This document shows, in pieces, positions 62,477-64,000 of a DNA stretch of 64,000 bases; position 1 is the first letter of the stretch; each line of letters opens with the position of its first letter. Location: contig NC_057753.1 of the NCBI RefSeq assembly GCF_004010195.1, positions 3,565,514 to 3,629,513 of the forward strand. The letters run 5' to 3'. Below the pieces are notes generated by a model, which was given only the letters and a program-made list of their open reading frames with translations, had not been told where the DNA came from and did no database searches. The position numbers and the translations under genes are program-made. The DNA is from Chiloscyllium plagiosum. Lineage: Eukaryota.

Positions 62477-64000
62477 TACTGCAGGCACAATGGCTGAAAG
62501 CTTCCAATTGTTTATCCTCATTCAGCCACGCAGTCAGGTGCCACCAAATGGTTATTCAGCGCCACCTCTTTCTCCATACAAGGCGGTCTAAATTGGCCAG
62601 AAATTCACCTGGTGCTTTACCGAGTGAAAAAAAAAGAGTCTGGTCAACCTCGCCAAGTTCGAATTATGTATAGATTTAGGAACAGCCTTTCTTCTGCCTT
62701 CTGCAAAGTCTCATTTGTCAATGTCCCTTTCCGGTTATTTATGCCTTCGAATGGAAATCTGGCTGATTGTGTAGCATAGCAGCGCCAACGCCACTGGTGT
62801 TTCGTCAGAGAGTCTGACCTGCTCATTTGCCTGGAGAGGACTTAATTTACCAAGCTTTACAATAGTGAATTCCATATTTAAGTGCTATGATCAGACAAAC
62901 TTCAATGGAACTGAACATCGGGATTTGCTGTGGAGTAATAACGCACCAAAATGCTTGATCACCACGTGCTCTACTGGTAATAAAAAAATGATAATTCTGA
63001 TGTAAATGTAATTATGTCCTACTTCCGTGCTGCTCAGTGACACAAGTTGGTAACGGAGTCGAAAAGAATAAGATGTTTAGAGATGTGAAAATTAGCATTC
63101 CATATTAACATACAATCTTGAGATACAATTTCACATGGCTGCTGTTAATTGTCTTCTAAATCTATGATTAGTTTACACAAAGTGATAGTTCAAGCCATCT
63201 ATATTTGCTTTCACATGCAATGTAGATAGCTGGCATTTCAATTTAAATTCAAAATTTATCCAAGATACATCAGAATGAATTCTCAGTTTAGCAGAGTAAA
63301 ATATGCCATTAATCAAAGCTATTGATAAAATCACCACAGTACAATATCGTTCAACAGAGCTTTGAGCAGTCCAGCAGAATGGGAAGATATGGTTCATGTG
63401 TGGGGCCGCGCAATGACATGGATAATGAAAGAAAGTTTAGAAGGGTTTCTCACATTGTTCTGACATTGTTACAGATGATGTAAACAGATTCCATGTGGGA
63501 AGGGGAAGAGGAAGATTTATAAACTGTCGTGCATTCACAAAAGTCGGTTTCACTAACTTGTGGAATGTACATAAATCAGTTCACACAGTCCTCAAGCCCA
63601 CCGAGATAGCAGACTGCCGGTAGGACAAGGCTGTGTTCGGCTTTCCTGCTTTGCATAGAACTTCATTCACACCTTCAACTTGCCAAATCACAGTGTTACA
63701 AGGGAAGGCGAGTGCCTCATGCTATTACCACTTGACTGTTAATCCAGAGACCCGGATAATGCTCTGAGCACATTGGTTCGAAATAATGCAAGAAATTCAC
63801 AGCACACATTGTAATTTGACTTCAACATTTTTTTTTCTGGCATTAAGAGTCTATTGACAACGAATCCATTGCAGATTGCTCAATTAAAAACAAAAACTCC
63901 ATCTTGATGACCTTAGAGAAAGAAAACTTAGTCCTTCACTGCTCTTGCACACATGTGGCTATTAACTGCCTTCTGGACAATTTTGGATTAGCAATAAATG

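Overview
Eukaryotic, repeat-rich genomic DNA from a cartilaginous fish. The shark/elasmobranch call is inferred from HE1-type V-SINEs and HER1/CR1 LINEs. The window holds a cluster of rhodopsin-class GPCR genes of the GPR139/GPR142-like type. Three genes look intact and have two exons each: A (minus, 24646-24577 + 21128-20212, 328 aa), B (plus, 38543-38612 + 40851-41761, 326 aa) and C (plus, 59706-59775 + 61566-62476, 326 aa). Each has a 70-nt first exon that the ORF track misses. Dead copies include pseudogenes at about 3.1-4.0 kb, 46.6-47.4 kb and 58.1-58.4 kb, plus a 'ghost' copy at about 48.3-51.4 kb that has lost both exons. The most striking signal is a 23-bp motif (AACTnnTTAAnYCCCWKGAGCCT) ending 65-78 nt upstream of the ATG in all three intact genes, followed by a TATA-like box. 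It resembles the homeodomain + O/E (Ebf) site pair of vertebrate olfactory-receptor promoters. This suggests, by inference only, a lineage-expanded chemosensory receptor family evolving by birth and death. The rest of the window is CR1 LINEs (often nested), Gypsy remnants, RTE and Rex1 fragments, V-SINEs, Penelope-like elements and short Penelope-type elements carrying minimal hammerhead ribozyme motifs, a probable class III ERV remnant, and a 563-N assembly gap. Repeat boundaries are approximate and were read by eye.
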